Both the position numbers and the translations under genes were made by a program. Shown here in pieces: positions 52,601 to 64,000 of a stretch of DNA of 64,000 nucleotides. The stretch's first letter is position 1. Every line of letters begins with the position of its first letter. Origin of the DNA: Octopus sinensis (taxonomy: Eukaryota); contig NC_043001.1 in assembly GCF_006345805.1 (NCBI RefSeq), positions 119,226,001-119,290,000 of the forward strand, written 5' to 3'. The notes under the pieces are model-generated. The model saw only the letters and a list, made by a program, of their open reading frames with translations. It was not told the origin of the DNA and searched no databases.

Positions 52601-55600
52601 TCCATACTCGGTTTAAAAAACTAAGTACGTGCTTCCATATCATCTATCCCAGCTGAGTGAACGGACATCCTATCACACATATTGTCGCTCCATACTCGGT
52701 TTAAAAAACTAAGTACGTGCTTCCATATCATCTATCCCAGCTGAGTGAACGGACATCCTATCACACATATTGTCGCTCCATACTCGGTTTTAAAAACTAA
52801 GTACGTGCTTCCATATCACCCCATCTATCCAGCTGAGTGAACGGACATCCTATCACACATATTGTCGCTCCATACTCGGTTTAAAAACTAAGTACGTGCT
52901 TCCATATCATCTATCCCAGCTGAGTGAACGGACATCCTATCACACATATTGTCGCTCCATACTCGGTTTAAAAAACTAAGTACGTGCTTCCATATCATCT
53001 ATCCCAGCTGAGTGGAACGGACATCCTATCACACATATTGTCGCTCCATACTCGGTTTTAAAAACTAAGTACGTGCTTCCATATCATCTATCCCACTGAG
53101 TGAACGGACATCCTATCACACATATTGTCGCTCCATACTCGGTTTTAAAAACTAAGTACGTGCTTCCATATCATCTATCCCAGTTGAGTGAACGGACATC
53201 CTATCACACCATATTGTCGCTCCATACTCGGTTTAAAAAACTAAGTACGTGCTTCCATATCATCTATCCCAGCTGTGAGTGAACGGACATCCTATCACAC
53301 ATATTGTCGCTCCATACTCGGTTTAAAAAACTAAGTACGTGCTTCCATATCATCTATCCCAGCTGAGTGAACGGACATCCTATCACACATATTGTCGCTC
53401 CATACTCGGTTTAAAAAACTAAGTACGTGCTTCCATATCATCTATCCCAGCTGAGTGAACGGACATCCTATCACACATTGTCGCTCCATACTCGGTTTAA
53501 AAAACTAAGTACGTGCTTCCATATCATCTATCCCAGCTGAGTGAACGGACATCCTATCACACATATTGTCGCTCCATACTCGGTTTAAAAAACTAAGTAC
53601 GTGCTTCCATATCATCTATCCCAGCTGAGTGAACGGACATCCTATCACACATATTGTCGCTCCATACTCGGTTTAAAAACTAAGTACGTGCTTCCATATC
53701 ATCTATCCCAGTTGAGTGAACGGACATCCTATCACACATATTGTCGCTCCATACTACTCGGTTTAAAAACTAAGTACGTGCTTCCATATCATCTATCCCA
53801 GCTGAGTGAACGGACATCCTATCACACATATTGTCGCTCCATACTCGGTTTAAAAAAAAGTACGTGCTTCCATATCATCTATCCCAGTTGAGTGAACGGA
53901 CATCCTATCACACATATTGTCGCTCCATACTCGGTTTAAAAAACTAAGTACGTGCTTCCATATCATCTATCCCAGCTGAGTGAACGGACATCCTATCACA
54001 CATATTGTCGCTCCATACTCGGTTTAAAAAAACTAGTACGTGCTTCCATATCATCTATCCCAGCTGAGTGAACGGACATCCTATCACACATATTGTCGCT
54101 CCATACTCGGTTTAAAAAACTAAGTACGTGCTTCCATATCATCTATCCCAGCTGAGTGAACGGACATCCTATCACACATATTGTCGCTCCATACTCGGTT
54201 TAAAAAACTAAGTACGTGCTTCCATATCATCTATCCCAGTTGAGTGAACGGACATCCTATCACACATATTGTCGCTCCATACTCGGTTTAAAAAACTAAG
54301 TACGTGCTTCCATATCATCTATCCCAGCTGAGTGAACGGACATCCTATCACACATATTGTCGCTCCATACTCGGTTTAAAAAACTAAGTACGTGCTTCCA
54401 TATCATCTATCCCAGCTGAGTGAACGGACATCCTATCACACATATTGTCGCTCCATACTCGGTTTAAAAAACTAAGTACGTGTGCTTCATATCATCTATC
54501 CCGCTGAGTGAACGGACATCCTATCACACACATTGTCGCTCCATACTCGTTTTAAAAAACTAAGTACGTGCTTCCATATCATCTATCCCAGCTGAGTGAA
54601 CGGACATCCTATCACACATATTGTCGCTCCATACTCGGTTTAAAAAACTAAGTACTGTCTTCCATATCATCTATCCCAGCTGAGTGAACGGACATCCTAT
54701 CACACATATTGTCGCTCCATACTCGGTTTAAAAAACTAAGTACGTGTGCTTCCATATCATCTATCCCAGCTGAGTGAACGGACATCCTATCACACATATT
54801 GTCGCTCCATACTCGGTTTAAAAAACTAAGTACGTGCTTCCATATCATCTATCCCAGTTGAGTGAACGGACATCCTATCACACATATTGTCGCTCCATAC
54901 TCGGTTTAAAAACTAAGTACGTGCTTCCTATCATCTATCCCAGTTGAGTGAACGGACATCCTATCACACATATTGTCGCTCCATACTCGGTTTAAAAAAC
55001 TAAGTACGTGCTTCCATATCATCTATCCCAGCTGAGTGAACGGACATCCTATCACACATATTGTCGCTCCATACTCGTTTAAAAAACTAAGTACATGCTT
55101 CCATATCATCTATCCCAGCTGAGTGAACGGACATCCTATCACACATATTGTCGCTCCATACTCGGTTTAAAAAACTAAGTACGTGCTTCCATATCATCTA
55201 TCCCAGCTGAGTGGACGACATCCTATCACACATATTGTCGCTCCATACTCGGTTTAAAAAACTAAGTACGTGCCCATATCATCTATCCCAGCTGAGTGGA
55301 CGGACGACATCCTATCACACATATTGTCGCTCCATACTCGGTTTAAAAAACTAAGTACGTGCTTCCATATCATCTATCCCAGCTGAGTGGACGGACATCC
55401 TATCACACATATTGTCGCTCCATACTCGGTTTAAAAAACTAAGTACATGCTTCCATATCATCTATCCCAGCTGAGTGAACGGACATCCTATCACACATAT
55501 TGTCGCTCCATACTCGGTTTAAAAAACTAAGTACATGCTTCCATATCATCTATCCCAGCTGAGTGAACGGACATCCTATCACACATATTGTCGCTCCATA

Positions 55601-58600
55601 CTCGGTTTAAAAAACTAAGTACGTGCTTCCATATCATCTATCCCAGCTGAGTGAACGGACATCCTATCACACATATTGTCGCTCCATACTCGGTTTAAAA
55701 AACTAAGTACGTGCTTCCATATCATCTATCCCAGCTGAGGGAACGGACATCCTATCACACATATTGTCGCTCCATACTCGGTTTAAAAAACTAAGTACGT
55801 GCTTCCATATCATCTATCCCAGCTGAGTGGACGGACATCCTATCACACATATTGTCGCTCCATACTCGGTTTAAAAAACTAAGTACATGCTTCCATATCA
55901 TCTATCCCAGCTGAGTGAACGGACATCCTATCACACATATTGTCGCTCCATACTCGGTTTAAAAAACTAAGTACGTGCTTCCATATCATCTATCCCAGCT
56001 GAGTGAACGACATCCTATCACACATATTGTTGTCGCTCCATACTCGGTTTAAAAAACTAAGTACGTGCTTCCATATCATCTATCCAGCTGAGTGAACGGA
56101 CATCCTATCACACATATTGCGTGCTCCATACTCGGTTTAAAAAACTAAGTACGTGCTTCCATATCATCTATCCCAGCTGAGTGAACGGACATCCTATCAC
56201 ACATATTGTCGCTCCATACTCGGTTTAAAAAACTAAGTACGTGCTTCCATATCATCTATCCCAGTTGAGTGGACGGACATCCTATCACACATATTGTCGC
56301 TCCATACTCGGTTTAAAAAACTAAGTACGTGCTTCCATATCATCTATCCCACTGAGAGTGAACGGACATCCTATCACACATATTGTCGCTCCATACTCGG
56401 TTTAAAAAACTAAGTACGTGCTTCCATATCATCTATCCCAGCTGAGTGGACGGACATCCTATCACACATATTGTCGCTCCATACTCGTTTAAAAAACTAA
56501 GTACGTGCTTCCATATCATCTATCCCAGTTGAGTGGACGGAATCCTATCACACATATTGTCGCTCCATACTCGGTTTAAAAAACTAAGTACGTGCTTCAA
56601 TATCATCTATCCCAGCTGAGTGAACGGACATCCTATCACACATATTGTCGCTCCATACTCGGTTTAAAAAACTAAGTACGTGCTTCCATATCATCTATCC
56701 CAGCTGAGTGAACGGACATCCTATCACACATATTGTCGCTCCATACTCGGTTTAAAAAACTAAGTACGTGCTTCCATATCATCTATCCCAGCTGAGGGAA
56801 CGGACATCCTATCACACATATTGTCGCTCCATACTCGGTTTAAAAAACTAAGTACGTGCTTCCATATCATCTATCCCAGCTGAGTGGACGGACATCCTAT
56901 CACACATATTGTCGCTCCATACTCGTTTAAAAAACTAAGTACGTGCTTCCATATCATCTATCCCAGTTGAGTGGAACGGACATCCTATCACACATATTGT
57001 CGCTCCATACTCGGTTTAAAAACTAAGTACGTGCTTCCATATCATCTATCCCAGCTGAGTGAACGGACATCCTATCACACATATTGTCGCTCCATACTCG
57101 GTTTAAAAAACTAAGTACGTGCTTCCATATCATCTATCCCAGCTGAGGGAACGGACATCCTATCACACATATTGTCGCTCCATACTCGGTTTAAAAAACT
57201 AAGTACGTGCTTCCATATCATCTATCCCAGCTGAGTGGACGGACATCCTATCACACATATTGTCGCTCCATACTCGGTTTAAAAAACTAAGTACGTGCTT
57301 CCATATCATCTATCCCAGCTGAGTGAACGGACATCCTATCACACATATTGTCGCTCCATACTCGGTTTAAAAAAACTAACTACGTACGTGCTTCCATATC
57401 ATCTATCCCAGCTGAGGAACGGACATCCTATCACACATATTGTCGCTCCATACTCGGTTTAAAAAACTAAGTACGTGCTTCCTATCATCTATCCCAGCTG
57501 ATGTGGACGGACATCCTATCACACATATTGTCGCTCCATACTCGGTTTAAAAAACTAAGTACGTGCTTCCATATCATCTATCCCAGCTGAGGGAACGGAC
57601 ATCCTATCACACATATTGTCGCTCCATACTCGGTTTAAAAAACTAAGTACGTGCTTCCATATCATCTATCCCAGCTGAGTGGACGGACATCCTATCACAC
57701 ATATTGTCGCTCCATACTCGGTTTAAAAAACTAAGTACGTGCTTCCATATCATCTATCCCAGTTGAGTGGACGGACATCCTATCACACATATTGTCGCTC
57801 CATACTCGGTTTAAAAAACTAAGTACGTGCTTCCATATCATCTATCCCAGCTGAGTGAACGGACATCCTATCACACATATTGTCGCTCCATACTCGGTTT
57901 AAAAAACTAAGTACGTGCTTCCATATCATCTATCCCAGCTGAGTGGACGGACATCCTATCACACATATTGTCGCTCCATACTCGGTTTAAAAAACTAAGT
58001 ACATGCTTCCATATCATCTATCCCAGCTGAGTGAACGGACATCCTATCACACATATTGTCGCTCCATACTCGGTTTAAAAAACTAAGTACATGCTTCCAT
58101 ATCATCTATCCCAGCTGAGTGAACGGACATCCTATCACACATATTGTCGCTCCATACTCGGTTTAAAAACTAAGTACGTGCTTCCATATCATCTATCCCA
58201 GCTGAGTGAACGGACATCCTATCACACATATTGTCGCTCCATACTCGTTTAAAAAACTAAGTACGTGCTTCCATATCATCTATCCCAGCTGAGTGAACGG
58301 ACATCCTATCACACATATTGTCGCTCCATACTCGGTTTAAAAACTAAGTACGTGCTTCCATATCATCTATCCCAGCTGAGTGAACGGACATCCTATCACA
58401 CATATTGTCGCTCCATACTCGGTTTAAAAAACTAAGTACGTGCTTCCATATCATCTATCCCAGCTGAGTGAACGGACATCCTATCACACATATTGTCGCT
58501 CCATACTCGGTTTAAAAACTAAGTACGTGCTTCCATATCATCTATCCCAGCTGAGGGAACGGACATCCTATCACACATATTGTCGCTCCATACTCGGTTT

Positions 58601-60331
58601 AAAAACTAAGTACGTGCTTCCATATCATCTATCCCAGCTGAGGGACGGACATCCTATCACACATATTGGCGCTCCATACTCGGTTTAAAAAACTAAGTAC
58701 TGCTTCCATATCATCTATCCCAGCTGAGGGAACGGACATCCTATCACACATATTGTCGCTCCATACTCGGTTTAAAAAACTAAGTACGTGCTTCCATATC
58801 ATCTATCCCAGCTGAGTGAACGGACATCCTATCACACATATTGTCGCTCCATACTCGGTTTAAAAAACTAGTACGTGCTTCCATATCATCTATCCCAGCT
58901 GAGTGAACGGACATCCTATCACACATATTGTCGCTCCATACTCGGTTTAAAAACTAAGTACGTGCTTCCATATCATCTATCCCAGCTGAGTGAACGGACA
59001 TCCTATCACACATATTGTCGCTCCATACTCGGTTTAAAAAACTAAGTACGTGCTTCCATATCATCTATCCCAGCTGAGTGAACGGACATCCTATCACACA
59101 TATTGTCGCTCCATACTCGGTTTAAAAAACTAAGTACGTGCTTCCATATCATCTATCCCAGCTGAGTGAACGGACATCCTATCACACATATTGTCGCTCC
59201 ATACTCGGTTTAAAAAACTAAGTACATGCTTCCATATCATCTATCCCAGCTGAGTGACGGACATCCTATCACACATATTGTCGCTCCATACTCGGTTTAA
59301 AAAACTAAGTACATGCTTCCATATCATCTATCCCAGCTGAGTGGACGGACATCCTATCACACATATTGTCGCTCCATACTCGGTTTAAAAAACTAAGTAC
59401 GTGCTTCCATATCATCTATCCCAGCTGAGTGGACGGACATCCTATCACACATATTGTCGCTCCATACTCGGTTTAAAAAACTAAGTACATGCTTCCATAT
59501 CATCTATCCCAGCTGAGTGGACGGACATCCTATCACACATATTGTCGCTCCATACTCGGTTTAAAAAACTAAGTACATGCTTCCATATCATCTATCCCAG
59601 CTGAGTGGACGGACATCCTATCACACATATTGTCGCTCCATACTCGGTTTAAAAAACTAAGTACATGCTTCCATATCATCTATCCCAGCTGAGTGGACGG
59701 ACATCCTATCACACATATTGTCGCTCCATACTCGGTTTAAAAAACTAAGTACATGCTTCCATATCATCTATCCCAGCTGAGTGAACGGACATCCTATCAC
59801 ACATATTGTCGCTCCATACTCGGTTTAAAAAACTAAGTACGTGCTTCCATATCATCTATCCCAGCTGAGTGAACGGACATCCTATCACACATATTGTCGC
59901 TCCATACTCGGTTTAAAAAACTAGTACGTGCTTCCATATCATCTATCCCAGCTGAGTGAACGGACATCCTATCACACATATTGTCGCTCCATACTCGGTT
60001 TAAAAAACTAAGTACATGCTTCCATATCATCTATCCCAGCTGAGTGAACGGACATCCTATCACACATATTGTCGCTCCATACTCGGTTTAAAAAACTAAG
60101 TACATGCTTCCATATCATCTATCCCAGCTGAGTGGACGGACATCCTATCACACATATTGTCGCTCCATACTCGGTTTAAAAAACTAAGTACGTGCTTCCA
60201 TATCATCTATCCCAGCTGAGTGGACGGACATCCTATCACACATATTGTCGCTCCATACTCGGTTTAAAAAACTAAGTACATGCTTCCATATCATCTATCC
60301 CAGCTGAGTGGACGGACATCCTATCACACAT
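49695..60331. repeat. Tandem array of an 88-bp unit, about 121 copies
   Basis: Unit ATATTGTCGCTCCATACTCGGTTTAAAAAACTAAGTACGTGCTTCCATATCATCTATCCCAGCTGAGTGAACGGACATCCTATCACAC; first two starts at 49695 and 49783; 10637/88 is about 121. Confidence 0.99.
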
Positions 60332-60401
60332 AAGTCAGAGATTTCACTAATTTCATTTCTGAAGGTATACGATACATTTGTTTTATTTATTTATTTTGAA
60401 A

Positions 60402-60526
60402 AGTACAATTATGTAAACTTCCTCAGAGTACAATTATGTAAACTTCCTCAGAGTACAATTATGTAAACTTCCTCAGAGTACAATTATGTAAACTTCCTCA
60501 GAGTACAATTATGTAAACTTCCTCAG
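60402..60526. repeat. Five perfect copies of a 25-bp minisatellite
   Basis: agtacaattatgtaaacttcctcag x5. Confidence 0.98.
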
Positions 60527-61378
60527 AGTCATTTCCTGCATAAATATGTCGGACATGGATCCACTGCCTTTGTGACTTATTACGTCCACTCTTTCTTCTT
60601 TCCCTTATGCTGGCTCAGAATGACTAAGTTTGCAGAAATCGAGTGTTGTTGCTATTGTTGGTATTCATATATTTTCTATCCAAACATTCATGAATTCATT
60701 TTCTACTGTTACAAGTATCAGTTGTGAGGACCCAGGATTCTGCATGTATGATTATTTCAATAATGATTTAAGATTCTATTGTTTCTCTGAAAAAAAAATT
60801 TTTAAGGGTGTACTTATTTACGTAACTGTTACCATCACTGTTGATGGTTTTATTTTTTATTGGTTTGGCTCAACTTAAGTTGCTTTTTGACTCACAACAT
60901 TTACAAAGATACACTTGCTGTTGCGGTTGTTGTTAGTGATGGTATTTTCGTGAGTGCTTCTACTGTTTACTTTTTCCAACGTTATTCTTTTTTCTTCGTC
61001 ATTGCATGTTCCATTGTACAACTATTTTTAAGCTGGAAGTGTCTGTATTTTTTACAATTTCTTCGTCCTTGTTTTTTTTAAAAATCCTTTTTATGTTTTG
61101 AAAATAATTTTGAAAATAAATTTGAGGCGTGTTTGATTACACTACTGAGGCGACTGGTACTACCGCTGAGGTGATCGCTTCTTTCCAATACCCCGTGCAG
61201 CCATCTAACAGTGTAAATGTGGCAAATAATTCAATAACTCTCCAAGCGCGTAAACATGTTAAAATCTCTAAAGACAACCGTCCCTTCTACTCCAGGTAAT
61301 AACACTATTCAGAAGGTTTCTATTTGTAAAACTGGAATAAAAAGAAGTTATTTTTTCATGAAGTAATCTGGTTACGCA

Positions 61379-61500
61379 CAGGCGCGTAGAATAATGGTTA
61401 GAATGCTGCACTCATCATCATAAGATTATGATTTCGATTCCTGAACCAGGTGATGCGTTGTGTTCTTGAGAAAAACAGTCCACTCAGCTGGCAAAAATAA
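61379..61500 (+). mobile_element. Decayed SINE family 2 head
   Basis: tttcgattcctg ... gcgttgtgttcttgag ... cagtccactcagctggcaaaaat. Confidence 0.6.
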
Positions 61501-61859
61501 CCACACAATCAAGGAAACCGGCCCAATGAGCCTAGGGTCAGGAAGGATTTTCCCGAATCCGGTTACAATAATAGTAGGTAACGTTTCAATGACACTTTAC
61601 CGAACTTTCGCGTGGGTGGGGGGACCGATCGGAGACGGCCGGCTTTTGTACCTGACCAGCTCGTCAAGCGTTTCGTCTTTCGACCATCGACTAAGGGGGC
61701 TGTGAAAACTGATTCACAAATAAAATAGCATACGTGTTGGAGATTGTGCAGTGGGTAAATCGTCAAAACAGGATGGTTTGCCTATCAATTCTATTGTTAT
61801 GTACCGGACTTGTTGGCTATTGTTTTGTCAGCTGTCAACGGGCTGAGAGCATTTCAAAT

Positions 61860-62350
61860 TGTATGAAGTGAAGGAGCAATGGCTCTGTTTCAAAAGAGCC
61901 AGATCAAGAGGGAGATAATGGACAATTTCAGGCCCATAACTTTAGTTAATACTTGAGCTAAAGATTTTGATAAAGGTTTTCGCCAAGAGATTGGCGCTTT
62001 TAGTCGGTAGATGAAATGGAGACAGAAACTTGTGATTTCCTCGGCAGATCAATCCAGAACAATATCCATCACATGCGATATAACTTAACAAGAAATGACG
62101 CTGGATTTGATTTCGACGGGCCCTGATCAATTTATGTTAATCTAAAGCGTACAGCAGGTTCAATCTAATGATTATGCTAAAATCAGCGCAAAGTGCCTCC
62201 AACTTTAGAGGCCGGATCACTATAATGTACATTGGTGCCAGTTTGTTGGCCAAAACAAACAAGAACCTCTGAAAAGTTTCGCTTCGCGTACTCGATCCGT
62301 CAGGAATGTCTTTCTTGCCTATTTTATGTTTTAGCATCGGAACCTTAGCT
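61860..62350 (+). mobile_element. Decayed L1/Tx1-group RT fragment
   Basis: DNFRPITLVNT..KILIKVFAKRL, GRSIQNNI, and TRSVRQ..LS.LFYVLASEP (degenerate RQGCPLSP motif). Confidence 0.7.
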
Positions 62351-62721
62351 TGCTGAGGTTGACGTTGATGAGAAACATTCTGTTTGAACTGGGACAAAGG
62401 AAAGCCGATCTTGTCACTGGCTTGAATAATATATCTTTTATTTGTATGGTTTGTAAATTTTCGTTCGATTGAAAGCACAAGCGGTCGTGTGTAGATATGA
62501 CCTATACTTCATTATTTTGTTTACTCCTTTCAAATGGTATCTGAATGTTCGCCAACTTACACATTTGTAATAAATAAATTATATGAACTAAAGACCAATA
62601 AATTTTGAAAGTATTATTTGCATTTTAACTCATCAAATTTTCTTACCGATTTGATTCATTATTAGACAATCTTAAATGATATTTTCGTAGCAGCTAACGT
62701 TCTCTCATGATAAACCATTCT

Positions 62722-62885
62722 GTCGTCATCGTCGTCGTCGTCGTTGTCGACCTCCTCTTCCTCCTCCTCCTCCTCCTCCTCCTTCTTCTTCTTCTTCTTC
62801 TTCTTCTTCTTCTTCTTCTTCTTCTTCTTCTTCTTCTTCTTCTTCTTCTTCTTCTTCTTCTTCTTCTTCTTCTTCTTCTTCTTCT
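62722..62885. repeat. (GTC)/(CTC)/(CTT)n compound microsatellite
   Basis: Directly visible; source of the poly-R, poly-L and poly-F ORFs. Confidence 0.97.
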
Positions 62886-63028
62886 TTTTTTCTTCTTTAT
62901 TACTGTTATTATTATTCCCCCATCTTTTCGGAGTCGATAAATTAAGTACCAGTGAAACACTGGGGTCGATATAATCGATAAGTCCCCTCCCACCAAATTT
63001 GAGGCCTTGTGCCTTTAGTAGTACAGAG

Positions 63029-63077
<49 letters not shown>

Positions 63078-63116
63078 ATTATTATTATTATTATATTATT
63101 ATTATTATTATTATTA

Positions 63117-63175
<59 letters not shown>

Positions 63176-63537
63176 GGGTGAGAGGCCAGTGCATGCCATC
63201 AAAGTGACACTAAGGTAAAATATACGAAACCAATTATACCCATCATGACTACCTGTCGGATAAGAGTACACGAGGCACATGCATCACAACCATATGTGCG
63301 CAATATGGTGATCTCATGTCAAGATAAATAGCGCATGATAAATAGCACATGGCCTTGTATGTGGAGCCGAGTTAGAATTTTCTTCAGGTTGGGTAGCTCA
63401 TCCTGCTCAAAAAGGTCCCTGAATAAGGTTTGTTTAAGGATGATGAACAAAACACCCATCTTTCCAGAGGTGAATTATTTAAATCCCAAAGAATTCATCT
63501 GAATACATGATTATGATAATCCCCCACTATTTCTGCT
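63176..63537 (-). mobile_element. (AAT)n-flanked element, copy 4 (older, 5'-truncated)
   Basis: Diverged reverse complement of copy 3; abuts (TTA)n on the left and an RLE ORF remnant on the right. Confidence 0.85.
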
Positions 63538-63960
63538 TAATCTGCCACAGCAATATCTGGTCTCCGAGCTTGGATTAGGAAGTCACATTGTAAAATCTTA
63601 CAGTATCTTATGTTCCTTGTTCTCAGTGACTCCTTCTGGTGATGTTCGTACTATTTCTGTCTTCCGTTCAGGCCGTACTTTTCATGTAGCCTCCAATGGC
63701 GAACTTAGCCACGTTATCGTGCCTCCTTTTGTAGTGCTTTTGGGCCAGCGTGCAACACTCACTCACAATATGTAAGATTGTTTCGTTTCTTCTGCCACAC
63801 ATCGATTCCAAAAGGATGCCTTAAAATAATTTCTTTCACTTATATCCCAATTCTATCCTAGGCTCAAATTCTACATGAATTTGCTTTCTATATATCTGGT
63901 TTTGATAGAATATGTACCAGTAATGTTACTGGTTGCGAATGAATAGACTACGTCCAAGCA
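63538..63960 (-). mobile_element. Decayed R4/Dong-like RLE fragment
   Basis: IKTRYIESK, CGRRNETILHIVSEC..YKRRHDNVA and ARRPDIAV remnants. Confidence 0.8.
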
Positions 63961-64000
63961 ACAATGTTTGCTGTTTTGCAAAAGTTAAAGATCATTACAT

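Noticed and set aside
49695-60331. 88-bp array as a CRISPR array
   Set aside because: Units are contiguous and near-identical with no unique spacers, there are no cas genes, and the context is eukaryotic.

Overview
Eukaryotic, AT-rich, repeat-saturated DNA with no recognisable host protein-coding gene, rRNA, tRNA or CRISPR array. It is most consistent with intronic or intergenic DNA of a coleoid cephalopod, probably Octopus (inferred from the (TA)n/(TG)n/(TACA)n/(AAT)n load and tRNA-derived SINEs with internal microsatellites). Almost all long ORFs in the track are microsatellite translations. Identifiable content: (1) a 190-bp inverted repeat at 30213-30611 whose two arms each encode an intact type I hammerhead ribozyme of the Penelope-like-element kind, embedded in (TA)n; (2) a 10.6-kb array of about 121 copies of an 88-bp unit (49695-60331) with sub-array variant structure, followed by a 5 x 25-bp minisatellite; (3) a same-strand nest of R4/Dong-like RLE retrotransposon fragments in (TTA)n (20.4-25.3 kb); (4) a distinct RLE element and a 115-bp module tied to (TACA)n; (5) four copies of an (AAT)n-flanked element of up to ~550 bp; (6) decayed CR1-like, RTE, L1/Tx1, Penelope, Tc1/mariner and Helitron-like elements and three SINE families. 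All calls come from manual reading and translation; no database search was run, and coordinates of decayed elements are approximate.
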